Virus record (IMG/VR): IMGVR_UViG_3300045988_131275
Location: 116,170 to 180,169 of that record
DNA from: a virus
Length of the DNA: 64,000 bases
Direction: 5' to 3' (one strand)
Part shown: in pieces, positions 51,489 through 61,786 of the stretch
Numbering within the stretch: position 1 is the first letter of the stretch
Layout of the letters: each line of letters begins with the position of its first letter
Made by a program: the position numbers and the translations under genes
Notes under the pieces: generated by a model
What the model was told of the DNA's origin: nothing
Database searches by the model: none
What the model saw: the letters and a program-made list of their open reading frames with translations, nothing else

Positions 51489-53078
51489 ATGGATAATGAA
51501 CATATTATTCTAAACAGTCGCCCCATATCTATAGCGTCTTATACCAATTATAAGGAAGCTGTCTTTTTAATCAGTGTGTTAGATGAACCTGATTCATATG
51601 GAAGAATTATTCCAGAAGAAGCAGGTAAAAAATATTTTGACACAATCATTGGGTATCCAATTGTAGCCAAACTTAAAAAGAATATTTTCGGACAACCTGT
51701 AGATTTTGGTGGTCATGAATTGATCATTCAAAAGACTAAAGATGGGAAAAAGAAAAGTCATTTTGACACTGTTCCGATTGGTAGTGTGACAGACGCATGG
51801 ATTGAGGAACGTGAAGTAGATGGTTATGATGGTACGCCAAAATGTATTTTAATCAAAACTAAACTATGGACTTCACGATTCCCAGAATACTTTAAAGTAT
51901 TCGATAAATTATGGGACGATGGAGAAATTAGCAGCTCATGGGAATTAACTGCAACGGATGTAGTTACTGAGGGTGCTAATAAAATTTATAAAGTTTTTGA
52001 ATTTATTGGCAATTGCATTTTAGGTAGCAATAGGAATCCTGCCGTTCCAGGAGCAGGTGTAATTGAGTATGCCGAAATGGATGATTTAGAAGAACAATTA
52101 TCTTCTGCTCTTCTTGCTGATATTTCAAATACTGATATAGCAAACTATGAAGATATTGAAGAAAAGGAGGACATGAATTTGGCTGGAAAAGCAAAAACTA
52201 ATGTCTCTGCGAATACAGAAGAAAAGGAAGTTACTACTCCTGTAGAACAAGCAGAGAACGAAAAAAATCAGAAAGAAACTGCTGAAAATACAAATGTAAC
52301 AGATCCAGGAACAAAAGAAACTGCTGAATCTAATGTTGAACCAGAGAACAACCCAGAAGAACCAGAAACAGCTTCTTTAACGGATTGCGATTTATTCACA
52401 AAGATTAATAAAGCTTGTGAAGATGCAATTAAAGGTTGGGGATATCTTTCTTATTGGTTTCCAGAAGAACATACTGTTTGGTTTCATGCGGATAATGCTC
52501 CAACACAGTTAGACTATAAGTTATTTACATATACAGTTGAAAATAATGAAGTGACTGTTTCTGAACCGCAAGATGTAAAACTTACTGTTTCTGTATCAGA
52601 TATTAATACTGTTCTTGCTGAAAAAGATGAGAAAATTGAAACATTAACCGCAGAGCTTGAAATCAAAGATAAAGCTGTTATCTCCGCAGGTGAAAAAATC
52701 GGAAAACTCAATGTGCAGATTTCTGAATTACAACCATATAAAGAACAGGTCGAAAAAGCAGAACAAGAAAAGATTGAAGCTGAAATTGCAGAGGAAAAAG
52801 AATCTTTAAAGAAAAATATGCTTAAAGGTGGATTATTCACCGAGGAAGAAATCGCAAAAGCTGAAATTGCAGAATTAATTGAAGCAAGAGACAAAACTGC
52901 CATCAATAGTTTAATCGCAGAAAAATATATTGCTTCTTTTGATAAAGAAGAGGCTGATGTAGCAGAGGATATTGAAACAGAAGAACCAAATCCTGTGACC
53001 GCAACAGCAAGTTTAGAAACTGATGATGTGAATGAAAGCGCAGGTTCTTTCATGACTAAATTTTTATTAAGACGATAA
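51489..53078 (+). CDS. putative scaffolding protein (possibly with an N-terminal protease-like domain)
   Basis: ORF track 51480..53078. The C-terminal half is very acidic and coiled-coil (EKIEAEIAEEKESLKK..). Lies between portal and capsid. Confidence 0.45.
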   Translation: MDNEHIILNSRPISIASYTNYKEAVFLISVLDEPDSYGRIIPEEAGKKYFDTIIGYPIVAKLKKNIFGQPVDFGGHELIIQKTKDGKKKSHFDTVPIGSVTDAWIEEREVDGYDGTPKCILIKTKLWTSRFPEYFKVFDKLWDDGEISSSWELTATDVVTEGANKIYKVFEFIGNCILGSNRNPAVPGAGVIEYAEMDDLEEQLSSALLADISNTDIANYEDIEEKEDMNLAGKAKTNVSANTEEKEVTTPVEQAENEKNQKETAENTNVTDPGTKETAESNVEPENNPEEPETASLTDCDLFTKINKACEDAIKGWGYLSYWFPEEHTVWFHADNAPTQLDYKLFTYTVENNEVTVSEPQDVKLTVSVSDINTVLAEKDEKIETLTAELEIKDKAVISAGEKIGKLNVQISELQPYKEQVEKAEQEKIEAEIAEEKESLKKNMLKGGLFTEEEIAKAEIAELIEARDKTAINSLIAEKYIASFDKEEADVAEDIETEEPNPVTATASLETDDVNESAGSFMTKFLLRR

Positions 53079-53093
53079 TAGGAGGAAAATGTA

Positions 53094-53570
53094 ATGATTC
53101 GTGATATTAGACGTAATGGCGCACAGCCAAAAGATACAATGCACAAAGCTGGTGTAGCACTTGTTACAGGTATGGGTGTTGTAATCAAAGATGCTACTAC
53201 TGTTGAGCTTCCAAAAGCTGAAACTGTAGCAAATATTTATGTGGCAACAAAAGAGCGTATTCCAACTGGCATTAATGCAGCAAGAGTGGATATGTCAGAT
53301 TATGATGAAGATTTTGTAAAGATTGCCAAAGGTGAGTTCCTTGGGCTTGAAAGATATACAGATGGTGAAAAATTTGCGACAGACCAGTACAAGGCAGAAG
53401 ATTTTTCTGGTGAAGTTGCTGATGGTACACCTGTATCTGTAGGTGCAGATGGAAAATGGCAGAAACTTACAACTGGATCTTCCAAATATGTATATGAGAA
53501 ACCATTTAAAGATAATGGTCATGATCTCATTATGATTCGTGTAGAAGCTGATGCAGTTGCACAGGCGTAA
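53094..53570 (+). CDS. hypothetical head protein (possible decoration protein, by position)
   Basis: AGGAGGAAAATG context. Lies between the scaffold and major capsid genes. Confidence 0.35.
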   Translation: MIRDIRRNGAQPKDTMHKAGVALVTGMGVVIKDATTVELPKAETVANIYVATKERIPTGINAARVDMSDYDEDFVKIAKGEFLGLERYTDGEKFATDQYKAEDFSGEVADGTPVSVGADGKWQKLTTGSSKYVYEKPFKDNGHDLIMIRVEADAVAQA

Positions 53571-53594
53571 TTAAGATAAGGAGGAATTAACACA

Positions 53595-54587
53595 ATGGCT
53601 ATTAATACAGAAATCAAAGACATTATGAGCAAAGAGGGTGTACTCTTTGATGTCGCTGAAAAAATTGAATATAAAAGAGAACTTAATGCCGAAGAAAAAG
53701 AAATTGCTGAAATCTCTGATGCATGGGCTAGAGAAATTGGAAAAACTGGAAAAGATCCAGAATGTACAATTGCTGAGTTCATTAATAGAACTGTAAATGA
53801 AGAAATCTACAATGCACCAGATGAACTTCTGGATCAAATTTTTGAAAGAGGTTCTGTTGGTGAGTTTGATGATTATGAAGGTCACAAAGATCCAAAGAAT
53901 ACACTTGTCGCATATGAGGCAGCCCGTGGCGGTAATGTAGATCGTTCCTACATTGATATTTCCGTACTGAAACCTACATGGAAGAATCGTCAAGTTGAAA
54001 CGGATTTAAGTTATACAGATCTGAGAAAAAATGGCTTTAAATCAATTGCTACTCTTACTACTTTCATGAAAGAAGCTTGTCAGAATGCACTCTTCTTTGA
54101 TGCACTTGCATTAGCTGATGAAGCTGTAACAGGTGGTGAGCAACTTATTGCTGTTTCTGGTGCAACACCTACACTTGAAGCTATGGATAAACTTTCTCTA
54201 TATCTTAATGATAGAGCAAGCGATAGTGTGATTGTTACACTTAACAAATATGCTCAGGCTATTAGACGTATGCCAAACTTCGCTCAGTATATGAGTAATA
54301 CAATGAAAGATGATTTCAATAGATATGGTCTTGCTAAAACATATGATTCAATTGGTATTGCTGGCATTTCTGGTGCAAAGAAAACTGGTACAGGTTCTCT
54401 CCTGATTCCAGACAAACGTATTTATGGAATCGCAGGTAAAATTGGAAACCTTGATATGAAGGGTGAAATTCATACATATCAAGATATGAATAACCAGAGT
54501 GAAAAAGTTCATATCATGCTGAAAGATTTCACATATGGATTCATGCTTACAAATATTGAAAACTTCGCAAAGGTTACTTTACAGTAA
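53595..54587 (+). CDS. major capsid protein (by position and size)
   Basis: 330 aa, AAGGAGGA SD, follows the scaffold and decoration-like genes and is followed by a hairpin. Confidence 0.55.
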   Translation: MAINTEIKDIMSKEGVLFDVAEKIEYKRELNAEEKEIAEISDAWAREIGKTGKDPECTIAEFINRTVNEEIYNAPDELLDQIFERGSVGEFDDYEGHKDPKNTLVAYEAARGGNVDRSYIDISVLKPTWKNRQVETDLSYTDLRKNGFKSIATLTTFMKEACQNALFFDALALADEAVTGGEQLIAVSGATPTLEAMDKLSLYLNDRASDSVIVTLNKYAQAIRRMPNFAQYMSNTMKDDFNRYGLAKTYDSIGIAGISGAKKTGTGSLLIPDKRIYGIAGKIGNLDMKGEIHTYQDMNNQSEKVHIMLKDFTYGFMLTNIENFAKVTLQ

Positions 54588-54660
54588 GTAGTCTTTTTTT
54601 ATTGCAAAAAAATTTTAAGGAGGGTGTGCAAACGCCCTCCTAATATTAGGAGGAATCGTT

Positions 54661-55341
54661 ATTAATATTCAAGAAACAAAACATATTTCTGTTTTAAATT
54701 ATAATGACAATTGCGTTTGTATTAATGTTGCCCCAGGCAAAAGCACCCTATTTGAAGCTGCTGTAGATGGTCAACCAAATATCATTCCACTGACACTTGA
54801 CGAAATTCGTTATGCAAATAATGGAAGTGCGTTTAGAACAGGAACACTAGAGTTCCCAGAGGATATTGAGGATGAATTATACAATGAACTTCGTATTGAT
54901 AAATCAAAAGTATTAAAAGCTAATGAGATTAGAGAGATTTTATTAAATCCAACCAAAGAAGGATTGATTAGAATTATTTCTATTCCTACACTTTCTGATT
55001 TTGATAGAGTGCGTAGTCAGTTCCAGAAACTTAAAACAGAGGGATATAAACTCACACTGGATATGGCAAATGTTATTGAAACACGCACAAGAGAATTATT
55101 TAATAATCATATTAAATCAAATATTTCTGTAGACGATGCAGATGTAGTAGCTCCAAGCAATAAAAAAGTTGAAGAACTTGAACAGCAATTAGCTGAAATG
55201 AAAGCACTTCTACTACAGATGAATGCATCTAAACAGGAAGATAAAAAGGAAGTAGTTGATACTGCTTCTGCTAAAACTGAGGAAGTAAAGACAGTAACGA
55301 AATCTACTAGAAAGTCCCCAGGTAGACCTAGAAAAAATTAA
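54661..55341 (+). CDS. hypothetical protein, probably initiated at ATT
   Basis: Track lists only 54964..55341 (TTG). The same frame is open from 54619 with no ATG/GTG/TTG. A perfect AGGAGG (54649-54654) sits 6 nt before ATT at 54661. Confidence 0.45.
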   Translation: MNIQETKHISVLNYNDNCVCINVAPGKSTLFEAAVDGQPNIIPLTLDEIRYANNGSAFRTGTLEFPEDIEDELYNELRIDKSKVLKANEIREILLNPTKEGLIRIISIPTLSDFDRVRSQFQKLKTEGYKLTLDMANVIETRTRELFNNHIKSNISVDDADVVAPSNKKVEELEQQLAEMKALLLQMNASKQEDKKEVVDTASAKTEEVKTVTKSTRKSPGRPRKN

Positions 55342-55359
55342 TATGGGAGGTGAACTCAA

Positions 55360-55863
55360 TTGCCTCAAGAAATTACAAAATTTGAAAAAATTCTCAACAA
55401 ATTCTATGATCGTATAGAAAAGGATGAGGACTTTTTTAGTTATTATAATATAGATGTTAGTGAAGCGATACAAATTGCTCAGACTCGTGCTACTAATTAT
55501 CTATGTGAGGCACTTGATGAATTATCATGCCTCTCGAATTTGGATGTAGATTTTTCAGATTATGATGAAGATGTACAACAAATTGGTTTTAAATTATTGC
55601 CTAAAGAAATCAAACTGGTTGTTGAAATTATGTTTCTTATTTATATGAAAAGGGATGAATCTCTCCTTCATGCAATGGAAATTAATTTTACGCCATCTGA
55701 TTTGAGTGTATTTTCACCAGGAAATGAAAGAACAAGTTACCGTAATTTTATTGCTAAATTGGAACATGATGTATCTATCAAGATTGACGATTACAAAAAT
55801 CGAGATAGAAAAACTAATGCATTAAAACAGTTTATTAATTATGCTCAGTACGAGGAGGATTAA
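55360..55863 (+). CDS. hypothetical structural protein (head-tail connector region)
   Basis: ORF track. TTG start after GGGAGGTG. Confidence 0.55.
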   Translation: MPQEITKFEKILNKFYDRIEKDEDFFSYYNIDVSEAIQIAQTRATNYLCEALDELSCLSNLDVDFSDYDEDVQQIGFKLLPKEIKLVVEIMFLIYMKRDESLLHAMEINFTPSDLSVFSPGNERTSYRNFIAKLEHDVSIKIDDYKNRDRKTNALKQFINYAQYEED

Positions 55864-55866
55864 CCT

Positions 55867-56880
55867 ATGGATATTGAGTATTATATGAAATTGCAAAATG
55901 CTTATGGTACAAAAAATAAACGTGAGAAAAATTTAGCAAAAATAAACAAACATGCTGATAGACATTTTGAAGATACATTTGATACTCAAGATGTTCTAGT
56001 AAATAATGAACCTATGCAGTTAATGATTATCAGAGATACCGACAATAATACATATAAGAAAAAAATAAAATCAAGACATAATGATATTATCAGACTTGGT
56101 GACTATGTTAAATGGAATGATCAAATTTGGATAATTACATTACTTGATACTGATGATAAAGTATGGAATCGTGGATATATGTATTTATGCCAGTTGATGA
56201 TTAGATGGCAAAATGTAGATGGTAAAATTGTTGAGCGTTGGGGATATTCAGAAGACTACACTAAATATAGTATGGGTGAAAAAGGTAATTCCACTATTAC
56301 CGTTGGTGATTATCAATATGGTCTGACTATACCTGTTGATGAAGAAACGAAACAACTCAATCGTACAAATAGATTTATCATAGACTATGAGGGAGTATAT
56401 CCACCAGACGCATATAGAATGACTGGTAAGAAAGGTTTCTTATCTGATGTTAGATATGTCGATAAAGGTGGTGTTATGACCGTTACATTATCTTATGAGC
56501 AATTTAATGAAGTCACAGATAAACTGATTGAGTTAGAAAATGGAACAAAAGCGTGGATCTGTAACTACAAATCCCCCACCACTCCTACTCTCCCACCATC
56601 AAAACCAGACAATCCACCAACATCTGTTACAATTACAGGCGGTGACACTCTCCGATATGGAAGAGCAAAAACATGGACTGTCACTTTCCCTGATGTTGAA
56701 AATCAACCATCATTCACATGGAACGTCAAATCAGACTTCAAAATCACTCAAAATATCACAGGTAATAAAATACAATTAAAATGTACAGATGATAAATCAA
56801 TTGACTGTACGTTTATATTACAAGTTTTTGACAATGAAAGTAACATTTTATCTGAAACAACTATTACTATTATAATGTAA
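55867..56880 (+). CDS. hypothetical structural protein with C-terminal Ig-like domain
   Basis: ORF track. PPTSVTITGGDTLRYGRAKTWTVTF resembles Big_2-type Ig domains. Confidence 0.55.
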   Translation: MDIEYYMKLQNAYGTKNKREKNLAKINKHADRHFEDTFDTQDVLVNNEPMQLMIIRDTDNNTYKKKIKSRHNDIIRLGDYVKWNDQIWIITLLDTDDKVWNRGYMYLCQLMIRWQNVDGKIVERWGYSEDYTKYSMGEKGNSTITVGDYQYGLTIPVDEETKQLNRTNRFIIDYEGVYPPDAYRMTGKKGFLSDVRYVDKGGVMTVTLSYEQFNEVTDKLIELENGTKAWICNYKSPTTPTLPPSKPDNPPTSVTITGGDTLRYGRAKTWTVTFPDVENQPSFTWNVKSDFKITQNITGNKIQLKCTDDKSIDCTFILQVFDNESNILSETTITIIM

Positions 56881-56893
56881 TCGGAGGTATATT

Positions 56894-57382
56894 ATGGCAC
56901 AGTCAGTTGCTAGAGACTTGGCTTTTGTCAAGTCAAAAGTAATTTCTCGCCTATTAGAATCTGATGAGTTTGCAAAAGTAATGTTGCGAAAGGAAGATTT
57001 TACTGATGACGAGAGATACAACATGGAGTATAAACAAGTATTTGATTATCCTTATGTTGATGGTACACAGGAAGAAGTTATGCCTTTTGTCTGTGTGGAA
57101 ACAGTTTGTAGAGGTACGAATCGTACCGTAAAATCTATGGATTTATATATCTGGATTTTCGTGCATCGTAACTGCATGAAAATGGATAAAACATGCACCA
57201 GTTATGGTGGTAATCGTGCAGACGTTCTTGCAGATATTATAGAAAGACTTCTACGTGATTCTGATGATTTAGGAATTGGTAAACCAAGTCTTGATAACAT
57301 TGATTATACTGCTCCACAGTCAAGTTACTACGGACGTGAACTCAAATATAGCATTCCTGATTTCAAAATCAAGGAGGTCTGA
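56894..57382 (+). CDS. hypothetical structural protein
   Basis: ORF track. GGAGGT SD. Confidence 0.55.
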   Translation: MAQSVARDLAFVKSKVISRLLESDEFAKVMLRKEDFTDDERYNMEYKQVFDYPYVDGTQEEVMPFVCVETVCRGTNRTVKSMDLYIWIFVHRNCMKMDKTCTSYGGNRADVLADIIERLLRDSDDLGIGKPSLDNIDYTAPQSSYYGRELKYSIPDFKIKEV

Positions 57383-57385
57383 TAT

Positions 57386-58177
57386 ATGAAAGGATTTTCA
57401 GATTATGATTATCTCTGTGATGAACCTTATTTTTATGAAGGTATAGGTCATGTTAAATGTCCTACTCTTAGGGACATAAGACGTATAACCTATGGACAAT
57501 TCAATATTTTTCTCTCTTATATTTCTATTACTCAGAAACAATTTCTTGAAACATTTGATCTTACTGAAAAATTCAATTCCCTCAGTGATGAAGAAAAAGA
57601 AAAAAATACTATTTACAATTTACTTACATTCGGAATGAATCGTGCAGATTTTCTTGCCTACATGATTAGTTTCTTTGTTGTAGATGATTTTCAGTATAAT
57701 CCAGAGCAAAATGCTTTTCTCATTGGCACTTATGAGAAGGACGATAATGGAAAGGAAATCTTTAACGAAACGGGGAAAATTGATAATAGCAATTTTGATG
57801 AATTTCGTGCGTTTCTGCAAGTTATATTAGGAATTAAATCTGAGAAAGAAGTTGAAAAACCTAAATATAAAAATAAGTTAGCTCAACGTATTGCTGAGAA
57901 ATTAGCAAAACATAAGAGTGAACAAAAAGAAAAACAAACATCTGCGGATGATGATTATACATTGCCAAATATGATTGTAAAATATTGTACTCATAACAAG
58001 GTGGGAATCAATATATTAAATGTTTGGAATATGACATATTATCAATTCATGAAGATGTTTTTAGAATATAGAGTGGGAAGACAAGCAGATATAAATGATA
58101 TGATGGCTGCTAATTCATTCTCATTCAAAAACTCTAAGGATTATAAACCTATGGAGTATATGAACAAAATTAAATAA
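57386..58177 (+). CDS. hypothetical structural protein
   Basis: ORF track. AAGGAGGT SD. Confidence 0.55.
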   Translation: MKGFSDYDYLCDEPYFYEGIGHVKCPTLRDIRRITYGQFNIFLSYISITQKQFLETFDLTEKFNSLSDEEKEKNTIYNLLTFGMNRADFLAYMISFFVVDDFQYNPEQNAFLIGTYEKDDNGKEIFNETGKIDNSNFDEFRAFLQVILGIKSEKEVEKPKYKNKLAQRIAEKLAKHKSEQKEKQTSADDDYTLPNMIVKYCTHNKVGINILNVWNMTYYQFMKMFLEYRVGRQADINDMMAANSFSFKNSKDYKPMEYMNKIK

Positions 58178-58194
58178 CGAAAACTATTAATTAA

Positions 58195-58228
58195 AAGTCG
58201 CTGATATTCAGTGGCTTATTTTATTTTT
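58195..58228 (+). terminator. intrinsic terminator
   Basis: AAGTCGCTG / CAGTGGCTT hairpin, then ATTTTATTTTT. Confidence 0.6.
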
Positions 58229-58243
58229 AAGGAGGAACAAAGA

Positions 58244-58984
58244 ATGGGTAACATCAATACCGATTTAAACATGGCTAATCGTCAGTGCTGTGATCTTGAC
58301 ATTAGAGATTATAAAACTAAAGCACCTTGGATGTTTGCAGATTTCTGTAATACTACTACTGCTAACATTTCTGCGGATGCTGTATATGCAAATAAGAAAG
58401 GTGCTAAATGCATCAAATTCGATAATCCATTAGAAGGTACTATTACTATGGAGTTCCAGGTATCTCCATTCAGAATTTATGCAATGCTTTCTGACGGAGA
58501 AATTGAGACATCTGCTGTAATCGCACGTAGAGAAAGCCTCACAGGTGAAGCTGGCGGTGTTCTTAATCTTACAAAGACTCCTGTGGCAGGAAGTGTATTT
58601 GCGATTGATCCAGTTACAGGTAAAACAATCGAAGGCACAGTTGTAGATAAAAAATTCACAGCAAAAACAACTTCTGATATTGTAGCAGATACTACATATG
58701 AAGTGGCTTACCTTGAATCCAAAACTACTGGTATTAAGAAAATCACATTTAATAATAAGAAACTTCCAAAAGATTTCTTTATTCAAATGTCTACTCTTAA
58801 CAAAGATGAGAATGGTGATCAAGTACCTATGAGACTGACAGCTTATAAAGCTTCTCCACAAAGAAACTTTGAAATTTCTTTTGCGTCTGATGGAGATCCT
58901 TCCAGCGTAACACTAACTTGTGATCTACTCGAAGATCATGATGGAAATGTTCTTGATATGATTGAGATTACATCTGAGGAATAA
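58244..58984 (+). CDS. possible major tail (tube) protein (by position)
   Basis: ORF track 58211..58984. ATG at 58244 follows AAGGAGGA. Bracketed by strong terminators, which suggests high expression. Confidence 0.4.
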   Translation: MGNINTDLNMANRQCCDLDIRDYKTKAPWMFADFCNTTTANISADAVYANKKGAKCIKFDNPLEGTITMEFQVSPFRIYAMLSDGEIETSAVIARRESLTGEAGGVLNLTKTPVAGSVFAIDPVTGKTIEGTVVDKKFTAKTTSDIVADTTYEVAYLESKTTGIKKITFNNKKLPKDFFIQMSTLNKDENGDQVPMRLTAYKASPQRNFEISFASDGDPSSVTLTCDLLEDHDGNVLDMIEITSEE

Positions 58985-58995
58985 ATTTATTTTTA

Positions 58996-59032
58996 TAGTA
59001 GGATGATACAACATCATCCTACTATATTTATT
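58996..59032 (+). terminator. intrinsic terminator
   Basis: 12-bp stem TAGTAGGATGAT / ATCATCCTACTA, then TATTTATT. Confidence 0.7.
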
Positions 59033-59047
59033 AAAAGGAGTTAAATA

Positions 59048-60343
59048 TTGAGTAATCAAAAAATAATGCCTAAATTCAAATTAGAAATTGGAGCATTCTT
59101 AGTTTCTGATAAAAGACAACTTCAAATTATTGATCGTGAATATAGACCTAAGATAAAATATAAAAACGATAAACCATTTACATCAAATGAAAAATGGTAC
59201 AAATATAAATGTTATAAGTGTGGAAATACTGATTGGGTTATAGAGCAAGCATTATGTGGAAAACAAAAGATTGGATGTAACGTATGTTGCAACTCTCCAT
59301 CAAAAGTTGTTAGTGGTATAAATGATTTAACTATTACCGCAAGATGGATGATTAAATATTTTGAAAATCCAAAAGATGCAGAAAAATATACCAGAGGTTC
59401 AAGTAAAATTGTTGATATGGTTTGCCCCGATTGTGGTAGACATCACAAGAATAAAATATCCACAGTATATGCGAATCATAATCTTTCATGTCCATGTCAA
59501 GATGGTTGGAGTTATCCAAATAAATTTATGTATTCAGTTTTAGAACAATCAGGTGTGAACTTTGAAACTGAGAAAGTTTTCGATTGGTCTAAAGGAAGAA
59601 TGTACGATGATTATATAGAATATAATGGTTTAAAGATTATTACTGAACAGCATGGAATACAACATTATATAGATCATCCACTTAATAAAAAATCACGCAA
59701 TCTTAAAGAAGAACAAGAAAATGATAAACTGAAATACAATTTAGCTATACAAAATGGTATAGATTATTATTTTACAATTGATTGCAGAGAATCTACAAAA
59801 GAACATATTAAAAATTCTATCATAAATTCTGAATTATTTAAAATCTTAAATATAAATCCAGAAAATATCAATTTTGATAAATGTGATAAATTTGCTTCAT
59901 CAAATATGGCTAAACAAGTATGTGATTATCGTAATGAACATCCTGGTATGACAATGAAAGAAATTGCGCCATTATTTCATGTATGTCACGATACTATAAG
60001 AAATTGGGTTAAAAAAGGTGCAAAACTTGGTTGGTGTACATATAAGAAATTTGATGATTTAAAATTACACTATCGACGTGAAGATATACCTGTGAATAAT
60101 TGTCCTATCCACTGTATCACTACCGATACATACCATCGTAGTGCAACAAAATTTGTAGAATATTATCAATCTCTTACAGGAAAGAAACTTTGTGCAAGAA
60201 ATATTCGTTCAGTATGTACAGGTAAACGTAATCATGTCAATAATATGAAATTTGAATACATTACTCAAGAACAATTCAATCAATTAAAAGAAGAATATCC
60301 AAACAAAGTATACGGAGAACTATTTGTATCTCACGCATCATAA
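59048..60343 (+). CDS. putative free-standing homing-endonuclease-like protein (zinc ribbons plus HTH)
   Basis: CYKCG..CNVCC and CPDCG..CPC zinc ribbons. VVSGINDLTITARW resembles the G.NDL.T..P motif of phage zinc-ribbon endonuclease-associated domains. HTH MTMKEIAPLFHVCHDTIRNWVKKG. Interrupts the tail module. Confidence 0.45.
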   Translation: MSNQKIMPKFKLEIGAFLVSDKRQLQIIDREYRPKIKYKNDKPFTSNEKWYKYKCYKCGNTDWVIEQALCGKQKIGCNVCCNSPSKVVSGINDLTITARWMIKYFENPKDAEKYTRGSSKIVDMVCPDCGRHHKNKISTVYANHNLSCPCQDGWSYPNKFMYSVLEQSGVNFETEKVFDWSKGRMYDDYIEYNGLKIITEQHGIQHYIDHPLNKKSRNLKEEQENDKLKYNLAIQNGIDYYFTIDCRESTKEHIKNSIINSELFKILNINPENINFDKCDKFASSNMAKQVCDYRNEHPGMTMKEIAPLFHVCHDTIRNWVKKGAKLGWCTYKKFDDLKLHYRREDIPVNNCPIHCITTDTYHRSATKFVEYYQSLTGKKLCARNIRSVCTGKRNHVNNMKFEYITQEQFNQLKEEYPNKVYGELFVSHAS

Positions 60344-60360
60344 AGGAGAATATAATCACA

Positions 60361-60636
60361 ATGACAAAAGAATGTAAAGTATTACTACGCAATCAGTATG
60401 TTATGGTTGTTGATTTTGATGGAAAAGAAATTCAGATGCCATCTGACCACACAGATAAAGATAATGTATTCGTAAAGTATAAAAATGATAGATATTCTAT
60501 CACTTGTAAATTAGAAGAAGAAAAGAAGCCTACAAAGGTGAAACCTGTTTCAAGAGTAAAGAAACAAAAGAAAGTAACGGAAGTTGAGTTAGCTGATGAT
60601 GTTACAACAGAGGAACAAAAAGATGAATCTGAATAA
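60361..60636 (+). CDS. hypothetical protein
   Basis: ORF track. AAGGAGAA SD. Confidence 0.55.
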   Translation: MTKECKVLLRNQYVMVVDFDGKEIQMPSDHTDKDNVFVKYKNDRYSITCKLEEEKKPTKVKPVSRVKKQKKVTEVELADDVTTEEQKDESE

Positions 60637-60731
60637 ATTAATCGTAGTTAGTATAAATAATTAGTAGGGATACTAGCTATGAATTAATGGCTTGTATCCC
60701 TATTTTTTACGATTTTGGGAGAAGATATGAT

Positions 60732-60980
60732 ATGAAAAAACAAGTATTTGATAGCTTAGAAGAAGTGTTTGAGGCGTTTGGAGAAGATGGAGTTATTCCT
60801 ATCACTTATATGCCACAGATTATTTTTTATTTAAGTAATTATAAAATTCAACCCGTATGGACTATTCCATCAGAAACAAATGAGGGGAAATTAGCTTTTT
60901 ATTTTATTAAAGCAGAAACTAAAAAGCCATATGAAGCATGGCAAAAACTTAGACTAGAGAAAGAACATAATAAATTGTAG
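60732..60980 (+). CDS. hypothetical protein
   Basis: ORF track 60687..60980. ATG at 60732 (MKKQVFDS) follows GGGAGAAG. Confidence 0.5.
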   Translation: MKKQVFDSLEEVFEAFGEDGVIPITYMPQIIFYLSNYKIQPVWTIPSETNEGKLAFYFIKAETKKPYEAWQKLRLEKEHNKL

Positions 60981-60999
60981 TTTCAAGGAGAAAATTAAT

Positions 61000-61239
61000 A
61001 TGGAAACAATGACTATCACATATGAGAAGCCAGATAAAATATTGAGAACTGCACAATTCCACACACTTAAACAAGCAATGTCGTTTTATCTTACAGACAA
61101 ATTAAAAGATGTTAGTAAAATTCATGCGGATTTTCGTGGAGAATTTTATCATGATAGTATAACATTTGCAAATCCGACAACCTTTCAGATATGGATTAAA
61201 TTACAGTTATTATCTCATAATGTAAGGAAATATGAATAA
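61000..61239 (+). CDS. hypothetical protein
   Basis: ORF track. AAGGAGAA SD. Confidence 0.55.
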   Translation: METMTITYEKPDKILRTAQFHTLKQAMSFYLTDKLKDVSKIHADFRGEFYHDSITFANPTTFQIWIKLQLLSHNVRKYE

Positions 61240-61763
61240 TGGCAAGAAGTGTAGGTAAACAATTTGAAGATAATTTTAAAAACAGTGTACCAAAGTATAT
61301 GCTATCCCATCGACCACCTGATTCAGCACAAGGTTTTGATGTGGGAGCAAGTAACAAACTTAGATTCAGTCGTCACAGCCCATGCGATTTGATGATATTT
61401 GATTGGACACGAAATCTTTTTCTTACGCTTGAATTAAAAACATTTCAAGGTTCATGTAGTTTTGAGCGTGATAAAAACAAAAAGGTTAAGAAAATAATTC
61501 ACTATCATCAGATTAAGAGTTTAAAAGATTTTGCACAATATAATCGTGTTATAAGCGGATTAGTATTAGACTTTCGATCAAGTGATAATACATATTTCTT
61601 AAATATTAATCAATGGGATGATTTCATCTCACATATAGAAAAGAAAAGTTTTAACGAAAAGGATTTGCTTGAATATGCAAGTCCTATTTTAATTCACAAA
61701 GAGAAATTAAAAGTAAATTATAGATATGATTTAGAATCATTTTTAAATGATGTCAATTATTAA
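61239..61763 (+). CDS. recU: RecU-like Holliday-junction resolvase (PD-(D/E)xK)
   Basis: N-terminal GKQFEDNFKNS, then CDLMIF...LTLELKTF (D...E.K) and HYHQIKSL, collinear with the recalled RecU layout. Confidence 0.5.
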   Translation: MARSVGKQFEDNFKNSVPKYMLSHRPPDSAQGFDVGASNKLRFSRHSPCDLMIFDWTRNLFLTLELKTFQGSCSFERDKNKKVKKIIHYHQIKSLKDFAQYNRVISGLVLDFRSSDNTYFLNINQWDDFISHIEKKSFNEKDLLEYASPILIHKEKLKVNYRYDLESFLNDVNY

Positions 61764-61786
61764 AATTGTAGTTAGGAGAAGAAAAT

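Noticed and set aside
52514-53993. Long reverse-strand ORFs (52514..53188, 53519..53782, 53571..53993) antisense to the scaffold and capsid genes
   Set aside because: They are shadow ORFs opposite strongly supported plus-strand structural genes, with Ser-, Ile- and Phe-rich low-complexity translations and no RBS. The same applies to 58430..58861, 61753..62046, 62146..62580, 50479..50799, 44239..44484, 4033..4314, 5002..5355 and 28147..28494.
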